A DNA stretch of 64,000 nucleotides from Bacilli bacterium. GTDB taxonomy: Bacteria > Bacillota_I > Bacilli_A > ML615J-28 > CAG-698. The stretch covers positions 64,399 through 128,398 of the forward strand of contig JAQUZE010000003.1 in NCBI GenBank assembly GCA_028691515.1, read 5' to 3'. The notes under the pieces are model-generated. The model searched no databases. It worked only from the letters and a program-made list of their open reading frames with translations, and had not been told where the DNA came from. Position 1 is the first letter of the stretch, and each line of letters begins with the position of its first letter. Both the position numbers and the translations under genes were made by a program. Positions 51,489 through 61,364 of the stretch are shown piece by piece.

Positions 51489-51888
51489 AGTTAATCCTCC
51501 ACATCTTTTTCTTTCTTCAATAATTTCTCATTTCTATCAATTCTATCTTCCAATAGATTGAACGACCAATTAAAAGTTTTTTCTTTCTTAGTTTATAAAA
51601 GTACCTCCTATCATACAATTTCTTTATTTATAAAAAGCTATTTCTCTTTTTTATAAGATAATGGTTTAATTATAATCATCTTATATAGCAATTTATTGTA
51701 AATTCTTCTTTTTGTTAAGTATATCAATTCTGTTTTTTGAAGTCAATATATAAAGGGTATTCGCTTGGCAATGATTGGTTGCATCCGTACTTCTTGAGAC
51801 AACTCCATTACTTATCGCCCTGCGGAGAAGTAGTACTGCTACAAATATAAAAAGAACCAACCATTACCGATCAGTTCCAATCTTTTGA

Positions 51889-52212
51889 TTAATATATATA
51901 CACAATGAAATACACTATACATAGTATTAACAATAAAAAGCCTAGAATTAAGAATATAATCCATGCATACTGCGTAGAATAACTCTTATCATCTCTGTGA
52001 ATAAAAGAATAGTTCTTCTTATTAAAACCCCAAATACCATTAAATAATAACAAAACACTGAAACATAAACCGGTAACAATTGTCTTATTTGAATATATAA
52101 ATAGTAAGGCCAAAGTTGTAATAACAATAAGCAAATTAATTATTATATAGATAACCTTATTCTTTTGTGGCGAGACAAACTTATATCCTTTCATATCAAT
52201 ACCTTCATTCAT
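51889..52212 (-). CDS. Small membrane protein (3 TM), unknown function
   Basis: 107 aa hydrophobic ORF. Confidence 0.35.
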   Translation of the reverse strand: MNEGIDMKGYKFVSPQKNKVIYIIINLLIVITTLALLFIYSNKTIVTGLCFSVLLLFNGIWGFNKKNYSFIHRDDKSYSTQYAWIIFLILGFLLLILCIVYFIVYIY

Positions 52213-52438
52213 TAATAACGTTTTTCATTTTATTTATTGTGAAATTATATATTAAAATAATCTTTTGTTTTATTATTTATTCCATTTTTTAATTATTTTG
52301 ACTTTTGTTTTTCCCACCTTTGTTCCTAAATATGTGGAACGGCGATCATTATAATACAAATCGTACTAATGTCGTATTTATTCATTTCCTTACACTTTTT
52401 TGAATTCATTTATAGTATTTATGTGCTGATTCTTTCTT

Positions 52439-54541
52439 TTACTTCTCATTTACATTTACGGTAAAAGCGACACCTGGTGTTTCACCAACAAAAACAACTT
52501 TTCCGTTTTCGGGAAGTATTACTGGATGATTCCCGTGTATTACTGAAAAATAAACGCATATATCGTCTTCATATAAGGCGAAAGAACTTTTTTCTGGTAT
52601 ATTAACAGTTAATGTTTTACCGATATCCTTAGGGTTTACTGTATACCACCGAGCGTAACCGTCATTTTCAACGGTTATTTCATTATTTTCACTTGTAGGT
52701 AAATCAGTCATGGCTTTTTCGCTTATATATACCATATCCTTTATTCTCAAATATTCTGCACCACCAATTTCAAATATTTCGAGAGTCGAAGTATCTCTGC
52801 CAGCAAGACAAGGTATTTGTATATCTTTTACTCCTTTATTTTTGTCAGCAATTTTATAATATGCTGCATAACCTGGTATTTGTTCACTTGTAGTAATTTC
52901 AAAACAAATGCTCCCAGGAATGTAATACTGCTGGGCATAAGGATTATCATTTACAATATAATACTTTTTACCACTTCGCATATCCCAAGCATGTTGCGTA
53001 TCATTATCTACTTCATTAGATTGTATCAATTCATAATCATATGAACTCATTGAAGCCTGTCCTAAATCAGGAATTAATAACTGCCATTTTACCCATATAT
53101 AGATTCTTCCATTACTTTCTTCAACAAAAGTCAGCTTTTTACTGCCATCTTCATTGACAAACCAACCTTCAGATGTATACAGATATATCTCATCAGGTAC
53201 ATGTCCGCGATAAAGCGTAGATATAGTCATTTTGCCTTCACTTATAATAGTTACTTTTTTTACTGAGTCTTCACCTATATAAATCCCAGAATAATCGACT
53301 TTCTCAGCAGGCATTGAAGACAATTCGGGAACTTTTATCTTTACTGGCGCGATGATTTCATTTATATAACCAACTGATAACAATGTCTCAAGTATGAGTT
53401 CTTGCCCCATTACATGTCCAAAAAAACTAGACCCACCCGATAAGACGGCTGCGAAGACAATGTTATGTTCGGGAATCACTATTAGGCTGCTATGATATAG
53501 CTGTGTATCACCACCTTTTATTAATGGTTGAATGTGATACTCGCTATATGGATAGGCATCTACCGAATCCCAGCCTAGTCCATAACCAAAAAGTCCATCT
53601 TGCTGGTTTGGCCCAAACCCATTTTGATATTCCTTTTGCTTTGTTTTATTTTTTGCGTTCTTTGATAGCATGGATTTTGCTACTTTAATTGATGGGTTTG
53701 ACATGTATACTTGTCCGAATTTACATAGATCTTCTGCAGTTGAAAATATACCACCCGAACCGATTACGTTTATTGTATCTACAGGCGTTTCCTGGTTACC
53801 AACATAAGTTCGGACTAGTCGTTCTTTGTCAAAATCACTTTGAGGAGTATATGTATTAGTCATCTTTAGAGGTTCAGTAATGTTTTGCTTTATATAATCT
53901 GTAAAGCTCATTCCACTTATTCGTTCAACAATAATCTCTGCAAGAGTAAATCCGTCATTACAATAAACAGAAAATTCCCCCGGCGCTGCTTTAAGCCCTT
54001 GAGTTTCAAGATTTGATAATAAATTATCATGAGCAAGAGGAGATGGATAATCGAATAAAAAGGCATTTTGAAACGTACTTCCGTAAATTCCAGAGGAATG
54101 GTTCAAAAGCATTCTCACTGTAATCTGCTTATAACGTTCATCGGCCATTTTAAATTCTGGAATATACGTTAACACCGGTTGGTCAAGGTCAACTTTTCCT
54201 TCGTCTGAAAGCATCATTATGGCTGTGGTGGCAAACATTTTGCTTGTCGAACCTATACCGAACAACGAATTATTATCTAAAGTCTGTGTATTCTCTTTAT
54301 TAAAAACGCCAGCGGTACCCGATACAATCATTTTACCTTGACAGACCAAGGCGTATTGAATTCCTGAAACGCCATATTGGCTTACAAGCACGTCAGCTAA
54401 TCTTGCAGCGTTGCCTCTAACAGCGGAATAATTATCTCTTTTCCTTAATAATACAACTGAAAAGATTATAAGGATTAAAAACATTGTTGCTATAATCACA
54501 ACTATTGATTTTAAATGTTTGGAATAAAATTTCATTTTCAT
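52439..54541 (-). CDS. Membrane-anchored serine hydrolase of the beta-lactamase / PBP4*-like (class C-related) family with a ~300-aa C-terminal extension
   Basis: SxxK motif GSTSKMF and YxN motif YCNDGF. N-terminal TM anchor. Gene GC visibly higher than flanking DNA. Confidence 0.65.
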   Translation of the reverse strand: MKMKFYSKHLKSIVVIIATMFLILIIFSVVLLRKRDNYSAVRGNAARLADVLVSQYGVSGIQYALVCQGKMIVSGTAGVFNKENTQTLDNNSLFGIGSTSKMFATTAIMMLSDEGKVDLDQPVLTYIPEFKMADERYKQITVRMLLNHSSGIYGSTFQNAFLFDYPSPLAHDNLLSNLETQGLKAAPGEFSVYCNDGFTLAEIIVERISGMSFTDYIKQNITEPLKMTNTYTPQSDFDKERLVRTYVGNQETPVDTINVIGSGGIFSTAEDLCKFGQVYMSNPSIKVAKSMLSKNAKNKTKQKEYQNGFGPNQQDGLFGYGLGWDSVDAYPYSEYHIQPLIKGGDTQLYHSSLIVIPEHNIVFAAVLSGGSSFFGHVMGQELILETLLSVGYINEIIAPVKIKVPELSSMPAEKVDYSGIYIGEDSVKKVTIISEGKMTISTLYRGHVPDEIYLYTSEGWFVNEDGSKKLTFVEESNGRIYIWVKWQLLIPDLGQASMSSYDYELIQSNEVDNDTQHAWDMRSGKKYYIVNDNPYAQQYYIPGSICFEITTSEQIPGYAAYYKIADKNKGVKDIQIPCLAGRDTSTLEIFEIGGAEYLRIKDMVYISEKAMTDLPTSENNEITVENDGYARWYTVNPKDIGKTLTVNIPEKSSFALYEDDICVYFSVIHGNHPVILPENGKVVFVGETPGVAFTVNVNEK

Positions 54542-54721
54542 ACTCCCTTTTTTTATAACATACTAAAAAACATTTTATTATTTAAACAGCAATTAATGGT
54601 AATTTGCACAATTTATCAATATTAGTATAAGTAATAATGGTGGATTGACAAAATTGATTACAACGCAGAATATTGTTCGGTATAAAATATGCAAGCCACT
54701 TTTGATTTTAGCCGGGGGTAA

Positions 54722-55849
54722 TTATTGATTATATTTACTAGCTATTATTCTAATAGCTGGTCGGGCGCCAATTGCGGCAGTGTAGACGGGGTTAAATGGT
54801 TGAATACTTCCGTAATCGTCTATGTTCATTGACTGAAATTCATAGAAAAGGTATGGACTGCGAAGCCACCAATTTCCGTTTGCGTAGTATTTTGAGTCGA
54901 TTGCCATGTATACACCAATTGCTCTTACAAGATCGGTTGTGAATGAAGTTCTTGCTGAATTTAGAGTAAAACCATAGGTTGATGATATGGCTTCTTGATA
55001 TGATAGTAAATATACTTTATCATTAGTGTTGTTACATGCATTGGGGTTTGAACTACTAATTGTTGTTGATGCACTATTATCTACAACTGTCGTTAAAATG
55101 CTAGTCTTTTCAAGAGTTGAAAAGGATAAATTATAAAATACATTGTTTAACCATTCTCGCATTATAGAATTTTCATAATTATTACTTGAATTGTCGAATA
55201 TTTGTTTATCAATAATATATTCAGATAATAAAGTATAAGTATCATCTACTTCTTCTAATACTCTCCATTTAATTGGTTCCACTTTAAAGTAGTAGGTTGT
55301 GCCATATTTAATTGTCTCACCATTCATAAATTGATATATGTTCGAATAAGGAGTTGCTTTCGCTTTCATATATTCACAACCTTCATATTCATAGTAACCT
55401 TTGGTATTTGTTGAGGTAAGTGAATTAAGTGAAGAAATTAAGTTACTATCAGCAACAACTGTTTGTGGGAAAGAACCAAAGTACACATACTTTTTAGACG
55501 TCAATTTAGTACTTAAATTAAGGGTTATTATTTTTGTAAATCCCTCATAATTAATTGTAATAATATGCTCTCCTACGGTTGATAACAGTGCTTGATCTTC
55601 GCTAGATAACATTGCTTCAGTAATAGGTATTAATCGAAACTTGCCATCAGAATAAGTAACTTTAATATTTATGCTTGACAATTCAAAAGTATCAATATCA
55701 TAGCTTTCTGCTAGTGTCGCTGCATCTACTTCAATTGAAGTAATCGTCGCTTGTGGTTCGAATAATCCCCACCCCGACAAAATAGAAATTGAAACAATAA
55801 AAATGATTAAAGTTCCAATTTTTTTAAGACTAATATTCATAATTACCAC
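54722..55849 (-). CDS. Secreted DUF6273-type protein (conserved ...WWLRSP... C-terminal domain)
   Basis: Signal/TM anchor. Motifs EPIKWRVL, VYLLSYQEA, GNWWLRSP, GARPAIRI. Confidence 0.5.
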   Translation of the reverse strand: MVIMNISLKKIGTLIIFIVSISILSGWGLFEPQATITSIEVDAATLAESYDIDTFELSSINIKVTYSDGKFRLIPITEAMLSSEDQALLSTVGEHIITINYEGFTKIITLNLSTKLTSKKYVYFGSFPQTVVADSNLISSLNSLTSTNTKGYYEYEGCEYMKAKATPYSNIYQFMNGETIKYGTTYYFKVEPIKWRVLEEVDDTYTLLSEYIIDKQIFDNSSNNYENSIMREWLNNVFYNLSFSTLEKTSILTTVVDNSASTTISSSNPNACNNTNDKVYLLSYQEAISSTYGFTLNSARTSFTTDLVRAIGVYMAIDSKYYANGNWWLRSPYLFYEFQSMNIDDYGSIQPFNPVYTAAIGARPAIRIIASKYNQ

Positions 55850-55930
55850 CTCTATTTAATTTCTAGTTAATTACAACAAATATGCCAAATAATGTCAATT
55901 ATTTCTGTTACTTTTTTCGATTAAAAATGC

Positions 55931-55959
55931 AAAAAAGTTGAGATTGTTTAAATCTCAAC
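55931..55959 (-). terminator. Rho-independent terminator (minus strand)
   Basis: aaaaaagttgagattgtttaaatctcaac. Confidence 0.45.
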
Positions 55960-56134
55960 ATTATCTTTTTTCTAATTCCGGCAAATAATGTATAATAAAA
56001 TCCTTCCCGAAATCTTAAAATTTAACTCTACCATATATTTTGATATCTATTCTTTAAGTTCATATACTCCCTTTTTAATAAAAAATAGTTTTAAATTTAT
56101 TATTCTTTATATTAATTGCCATACAACTTGGAAT

Positions 56135-56323
56135 TTAATCAAAAATTATTAATTCAAAAATAGATCCTTGTTTTAATGAATAACTATTCTTAATCCTAAC
56201 TTTTATATCAAAGCTAGATTTATCAATTTTAAACGGCTCTGAATATTTATAAGTGTTTTTGGGATCTGTAGAAACCGCCCATGCAATATAAAGAATATGC
56301 TCTTCATCATCAATTGAATGCAT
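56135..56323 (-). CDS. Small hypothetical ORF. Would fuse with an upstream 27-codon ORF if the T8 homopolymer at 56346-56353 were one unit longer.
   Basis: ORF translation. An 8-nt homopolymer lies immediately upstream, in a different frame. Confidence 0.25.
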   Translation of the reverse strand: MHSIDDEEHILYIAWAVSTDPKNTYKYSEPFKIDKSSFDIKVRIKNSYSLKQGSIFELIIFD

Positions 56324-56578
56324 GAATTCTTTTCCATTTTTAACTTTTCCTATTTTTTTTCGTCTATAAAAATGAATACTGGCACAATAAATGCATTAAA
56401 CTTTCTATCTCTTTTAAATATAACATTACGCATTATAGTATAATTCTCACTTTCAATATATTTATTTGTGTTAGAAAACAAGTTTTAATTAATGGTGCTA
56501 TCCATTGAATATTTTATTTTCTTTCATTACATTTTAAATGCTTTATTATATTCTTTTAATAGAACGATAACTTACTAT

Positions 56579-57067
56579 TTAACTGTCAATTTCATTAGTA
56601 ACAATATGAATTAGATGACTAGGTAAATCCTTTATGTAGTCTTTTAAAAAAATAGGAAATGCTTTGTATTTATCCAATTTTGAAATTTCAATCCAATGCA
56701 TTTCCTCTCTTACTCCTAATGTATAACTATTACTATTAAGTTCTCGACTTCCTCTTGGTTTCATAAGAAAATAAAAAGCTATCTCATGACAATTTAATCT
56801 TTCTATAGGTCCTTCATAACCTTTAAAGAAATTTTCATGAATAACTGCTAATCTTTCAATCTCATAATGAATCCCAGTTTCTTCAAACACTTCTCTTGTC
56901 ACAGCACTTTCAGCAGTTTCATTCATATGTACTCCACCACCTACAGAATAAAAATAATCGGTATTAGCATTTCCAGCTAATAATACATAACCTTCTTCAA
57001 TAATGATTGCAGCAGCTCTATATCGAAACCAATTATTTTCTTGAATAAATCCGCAATCAAAACCCAT
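56579..57067 (-). CDS. NUDIX hydrolase
   Basis: Nudix box GGGVHMNETAESAVTREVFEETGI. Confidence 0.85.
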   Translation of the reverse strand: MGFDCGFIQENNWFRYRAAAIIIEEGYVLLAGNANTDYFYSVGGGVHMNETAESAVTREVFEETGIHYEIERLAVIHENFFKGYEGPIERLNCHEIAFYFLMKPRGSRELNSNSYTLGVREEMHWIEISKLDKYKAFPIFLKDYIKDLPSHLIHIVTNEIDS

Positions 57068-57263
57068 ATTATCTCCTTATGTAAATAATAGCATATTATA
57101 AATTGTTGAGTTGTTTATTTTTACTTATTTTATAAAACATCGTTTATTGGGCTAAGATCCTATAAATCTTAATCGTTCGTCAAATTGGAATTTTTCTCTC
57201 TATTAAAGTTTTAATAAAACTACCTATACTTTAACAATATGGGATAAAACACCTTCTTGTAAT

Positions 57264-58064
57264 TTATAACTCTGATAAAACCTCATTAATAAAATTATTA
57301 ATATCTACCAATTTATTTTCATATATTCTCCAATTATCGCTTGTCGGAAAAACTATTCCATCTGGTTTAAGATTTGACATATCCCAATAATCATCTGATT
57401 TGTTATTAATTAGCCACGTCTTAACAAAGTTTAAATCCATTTCTGAATTTGCATAAACAGAAATTAATTTAATTGCTATTAAGTAATATATTGTGTTTTT
57501 AGAATCAAATACAGTTGGTACTTCATTAAGATTTTTATTATATATATAATATATCCCATGTTCCATAACATATTGAAAGTATGCCTGTTTAGCACTTGGC
57601 GTTAACTTATTTTTTAATAAACATACCATATAAAAAGAAGATGGACCAATTTCTCTTAACCCTTTTATACCATGCATGAATCGATATTGTTTTTTATATT
57701 CCATAAAGCTAAACTCGTTATTAATAATCGAGTTTTCTATAACGTTTTTCCAAACTTGTTGAATTGAAGCAACTTTTTCATCCTCAACTTGAAACATATT
57801 TAACCAAGCAGAAAACATCAATTCTTCAAAAACGTCCCAATTAATAACTTTTTCTCTTCTATCTGGAACTATAATTTCTTTATACAAACATTTCTTTACA
57901 TATTGTAAACATTTTTCCACAATTTGAAAATCTTTATTCAAACCAAGAAAAAGAAAACGTCTTAATGCCTTTTCTGTAGTTATAGAACTATCACTACTCA
58001 TACTATGAAATCTTCCAAAACCTCCATCGAGATTTTGTCTTAATGCTAAATCTTCAATTTTCAT
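57264..58064 (-). CDS. Hypothetical protein with an N-terminal QxxDGGxG-like motif (RQNLDGGFG), reminiscent of alpha/alpha-toroid prenyltransferase/terpene-cyclase repeats
   Basis: 266 aa. Single motif only, otherwise unrecognised. Confidence 0.3.
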   Translation of the reverse strand: MKIEDLALRQNLDGGFGRFHSMSSDSSITTEKALRRFLFLGLNKDFQIVEKCLQYVKKCLYKEIIVPDRREKVINWDVFEELMFSAWLNMFQVEDEKVASIQQVWKNVIENSIINNEFSFMEYKKQYRFMHGIKGLREIGPSSFYMVCLLKNKLTPSAKQAYFQYVMEHGIYYIYNKNLNEVPTVFDSKNTIYYLIAIKLISVYANSEMDLNFVKTWLINNKSDDYWDMSNLKPDGIVFPTSDNWRIYENKLVDINNFINEVLSEL

Positions 58065-58130
58065 ATGAACCCTTTCTTGAAATGTGTTAGAAAGATATAT
58101 AGGAATTAACAGAGCTATTAATTAAAAATA

Positions 58131-58586
58131 TTAAATTGGCTTAACTAAAATTTGGCAAGGGTTCCACTCGTCCCACAGGGTAGGAAAAACTTCTAATTGA
58201 TAAAAACCTAAAGAACGATAAAACAAGTTAGTCTTATCATAGCTTTCATATTTTCCAAATTGTACAGTTTTAACCTGCAATAGTTTATACCCTTTGCTTT
58301 TAGCATATTGCTCAAACTTTTCAAATAATTGTTTACCAATATTCTTCCTATGATAGTTTTTCATTACTCCCATGCAATATATTTCTGCTGTTTCGGGACT
58401 CGTCTCTTTTAATGAAATAAATCCAATTGGCTCCTCATCTACATATGCTGCAAAGAATGGCATAAGACCGCTTTGAACAATATAGTTATTTGTGTATTCA
58501 GGTAATCCAAACCATTCTGTTAAATCATCTAACACTTTTTTAGAAATAATATTCTTTGTATTTTCATCAAAGATTTGTTTTATCAC
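58131..58586 (-). CDS. GNAT family N-acetyltransferase
   Basis: HRKNIGKQLFEKFEQYAKSKGYKLL acetyl-CoA binding region. Confidence 0.7.
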   Translation of the reverse strand: MIKQIFDENTKNIISKKVLDDLTEWFGLPEYTNNYIVQSGLMPFFAAYVDEEPIGFISLKETSPETAEIYCMGVMKNYHRKNIGKQLFEKFEQYAKSKGYKLLQVKTVQFGKYESYDKTNLFYRSLGFYQLEVFPTLWDEWNPCQILVKPI

Positions 58587-58835
58587 ATTCGCCCTCCATT
58601 ATTTAATACTACTATGTCTTACGAGTAACTCCATTTTGTGTTAGCAATTCAGATTAATATTTATATTAGATCGACAAATTGGAATTTCTAGAGTTATCTG
58701 TTATTAGTCAATTTAAATCAATTAATATTATCAATATATTGTCAAATTGTTTCAATTTTTGTTTTTTTATTGTATAATTAACTTGCCAATTAATTGTCAC
58801 TTTAAGCCGACAATTAAAATACAATAGAAAAGGAA

Positions 58836-58876
58836 AAAGATGAAAACTAAAAGCCTCAGAAGCACCGTTTTCATCT
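58836..58876. repeat. Inverted repeat / hairpin (11-bp stem AAGATGAAAAC ... GTTTTCATCTT, 19-nt loop) immediately upstream of the ISL3-like fragment
   Basis: aagatgaaaactaaaagcctcagaagcaccgttttcatctt. Confidence 0.5.
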
Positions 58877-58889
58877 TCACCACGATAAT

Positions 58890-59492
58890 ATGATATCATA
58901 CATTGATAGAAAAAACAAGAAATACATTTATAATATTAATCCAAGCGAACAAGAATTAATGAAGATGATTTGTCCAAAGTGTAACTCTCAAGGACAGTTT
59001 TATCGTCATGGGTTTTATGTTCGCTTTTTAGTTCTTTTTTCTTGCGTTGCTAACATATTTATAAAAGACAAAATTGAAGTTACTGTATTAAGAGTTAGAT
59101 GTACTAACTGTAATAAAACTCATGCAATTTTGGATTTCAACATAATCCCCTACTGTTCATATTCAGTATCATTTATTTTTGAGGTTCTCTCGTGTTACTT
59201 TATTGATCAAAATAAGATCGAAGACATCTGCATTGAATTCGATATTTCAGAATACACTTTTAATTTATTCGTAGATCATTACAATAAAGAGATGTTAGAT
59301 TTAAAAGCTTATTATAAGAATATCGGTCTTGATGCTCTTTTTGAAGAGTTAGTAAACGATGAAATAGATTCTTTTTTAGTAAACTTTTTTAAATTGACTA
59401 AGAGATATCTTTTTCACTTTGTTTCATCTGGTACTCTATCTATATTCAAGAATCGCTCTTTCCACATAACTTTCAAAATCTACCTTGTGTAA
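58890..59492 (+). mobile_element. Truncated ISL3-family-like transposase (N-terminal zinc-finger plus HTH part only, no DDE domain). The last ~20 codons read antisense through a foreign GC-rich fragment.
   Basis: CPKCNS...RVRCTNCNKTHAILDFNIIPYC resembles the zf-ISL3 pattern (C-x2-C...RYRC-x-NC-GKTFTE). 200 aa, roughly half the length of full ISL3 transposases. Confidence 0.45.
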
Positions 59493-59585
59493 GTCATCAG
59501 AGCCCCATTTATTAAGAGTACCGACAACATCACGGTCGCCACTATCACTTGAGTAATCTGCGCTAATGTAAACCCGTTTGCTCAT
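59436..59585 (-). pseudogene. 5' fragment (49 codons) of a foreign, GC-richer gene whose product begins like a TIR domain (MSKRVYISADYSSDSGDRDVVGTL...). Perfect Shine-Dalgarno, truncated by an in-frame TAG.
   Basis: ttaggaggttgtattATG. Codons AGC/CGG/GGC/GAC/CGT are unlike host usage. The ORF ends at 59436 where the ISL3-like sequence begins. Confidence 0.45.
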
Positions 59586-59698
59586 AATACAACCTCCTAA
59601 ATAATTGACTTTATAATATTTATTAAAATTCTAACATGAAATTTATTTTTTGTCAAATTTTTACAAATATTTATATCTTAAGTTTTCATTTATTTACA

Positions 59699-59774
59699 CT
59701 TTCGTGTTTTTGTTGACCTTTCGTGTTTTAGTTAGGCTTTCGTGTTTTAGTTAGGCTTTCGTGTTTTAGTTGAT
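59699..59774. repeat. Four tandem 19-bp direct repeats (iteron-like): CTTTCGTGTTTTAGTTAGG x2, flanked by slightly divergent copies
   Basis: Units at 59699-59717, 59718-59736, 59737-59755 and 59756-59774. Confidence 0.85.
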
Positions 59775-59914
59775 TTAAGTATAAAGAAAAAGCCTAGTAA
59801 ATGCTCTTGGTAGAACACCCACTAGGCTAAAATACGAAACGAAAAAAGGGAATTTATACCTATTTTCTCAATAAAAAAAGCTTGATAACATTGTATCAAA
59901 CCTATCGTTCTAAT

Positions 59915-59993
59915 ATGGGTTTGTAGAACTATATTGATACAATTACGCACCCCTATCAAAATCTACGCACCCCTGTTTTTTTTACGCACCCCT
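59915..59993. repeat. att-like region, copy A: 40-bp sequence ATGGGTTTGTAGAACTATATTGATACAATTACGCACCCC followed by two more TACGCACCCCT repeats at ~20-bp spacing. Preceded by inverted TTGTATCAA/TTGATACAA half-sites.
   Basis: Near-identical 38-bp copy at 63511-63548. TACGCACCC at 59944, 59964 and 59983. Confidence 0.7.
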
Positions 59994-60107
59994 AAATGGT
60001 GGCTTAACAGAGCATTCTTATTTGATGTATTCTTCTAATATTGATTTTATCACAGAAATATTATTATTTTCAAGTAGATCTATTAATTCTCCCAATAAAC
60101 ATCAACA

Positions 60108-60851
60108 TTTATATTGTTATTTTTTCAACATCAATTCCATATATTAAATTCTCAAACAAATCTATGTAGGGCAACGACTTTCTCTTATCTAGATATATTA
60201 CTTTTCTAAGGTTTCTAATTAAGTTTTCATCATTTGTTTTGCTAAAATCATACTCGATACAAAACCCTCTATTTCCATCAGCATATGCACCTCACATAGA
60301 TGGTATGTCGTAGCTATCACTCATAGAAAAGATTTTCATTTTTTTTCTTAATGTACTATTAAACTTTGCAAGGGGTTCATCCTTTTCTGCAAGTTCAATT
60401 TCTTTCTTTTCCATCAAAGATTTCATTTACTGTAAATTTAAAAAAATTTATTAATATTTTCATTGTTTTCACCGTTACTAATCAAATATTCTTTTATTTC
60501 GTTATCTGACTTTTTAAGAATCTTAATCATTTCTAACAATTTATCATTAGGAACTTTTGATAAGGAATCTTTAATATTTTTATTAGGAACAAAAGAATTT
60601 ACAATACTTTGAACACTCTCAAGTTCATGTTCATCATAATATTGTTTAAATTCCATAAAATCTTGTTCTTTACCATAATAGATGATTGAATCAGATTTAT
60701 CATTTAACGACAGGACATCAGCAAACCATAAATATCCATCTTTTAATGATTCTAAATAATATGGGAAAACTTCACTTTTAATTGATCTATATTTATATAG
60801 TTTCATTCGTTCACCTACTTTATTATAAATTATTTGATTTTCTATGAACAT
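60108..60851 (-). pseudogene. DUF2971-family gene disrupted by a -1 frameshift (near 60430) and an in-frame TGA (60292-60294) at the conserved Trp of the ...MWxxYAD..GFCIEYD motif
   Basis: N-terminal ORF KLYKYRS...YLWFADVLSLNDKSD (DUF2971 N-motif). Downstream frame reads ...DIPSM[TGA]GAYADGNRGFCIEYDF. Confidence 0.55.
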
Positions 60852-61018
60852 AATAACTACGATTTATATTGTATGACTTTCAAGAAGTTATAATATTTAT
60901 ATCAATTTTTTTCATACTCCTTAACCAATCTTCTCCATAGTTAGATAAATCCATTACTCAATAATTATTGTACTTGAATATCCAAATAATGTAAATAACT
61001 TTTAATTTCGAACAAAAA

Positions 61019-61048
61019 AGCGAATCAATATTTCCTAATTGATTCGCT
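61019..61048 (-). terminator. Strong hairpin (11-bp stem) with T-run on the minus strand
   Basis: aaaaagcgaatcaatatttcctaattgattcgct. Confidence 0.5.
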
Positions 61049-61364
61049 TTACTCTATTTTCTACTATTTACTTATATTTTCTAACTAACAATACTAAAAT
61101 ACTATCTTCATATCGCCGGTAACATACATTATCGGGTGTATGAAAAACAAAAATATAGAAATTCATTTCCAATTCTGATTTGTTGGATCATACTATTCTT
61201 TTATTATTATATAAGAAAAAGCTCTTAAGAGTCATGTAGACTGACAAGGGCATTATTTATAAATTTAAAACTTGCGACACGTTCGTTTCTTCTTTTATCG
61301 CACTACCCAATTCAAACTATAAAACATAAACGAACACAGGCCCAGTTACGGGCCTAATTTTTTG

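Noticed and set aside
3155-53688. Numerous 60-120-aa ORFs in the six-frame track lying inside or antisense to long genes: 3155..3367, 3715..3900, 4362..4577, 5326..5514, 7666..7911, 9516..9749, 10641..10838, 11005..11211, 12160..12396, 13896..14141, 16867..17049, 18747..19007, 20977..21246, 23564..23842, 24038..24319, 29738..30094, 30091..30321, 33165..33449, 35996..36277, 42219..42557, 48534..48743, 49933..50139, 50953..51156, 52817..53044, 53503..53688
   Set aside because: Each is fully embedded in, or antisense to, a well-supported conserved gene. They have low-complexity (I/L/F/S-rich) translations typical of AT-rich antisense frames, and no RBS or homology signal.
58708-58899. 63-aa ORF on the minus strand
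   Set aside because: It spans an inverted-repeat hairpin and an AT-rich promoter-like region upstream of the ISL3-like gene, has no RBS, and has low-complexity composition. It is likely spurious.
59699-59774. Possible CRISPR array (regular 19-bp repeats)
   Set aside because: The repeats are directly tandem with no spacers and are only 19 bp. This is an iteron-type array, not CRISPR.
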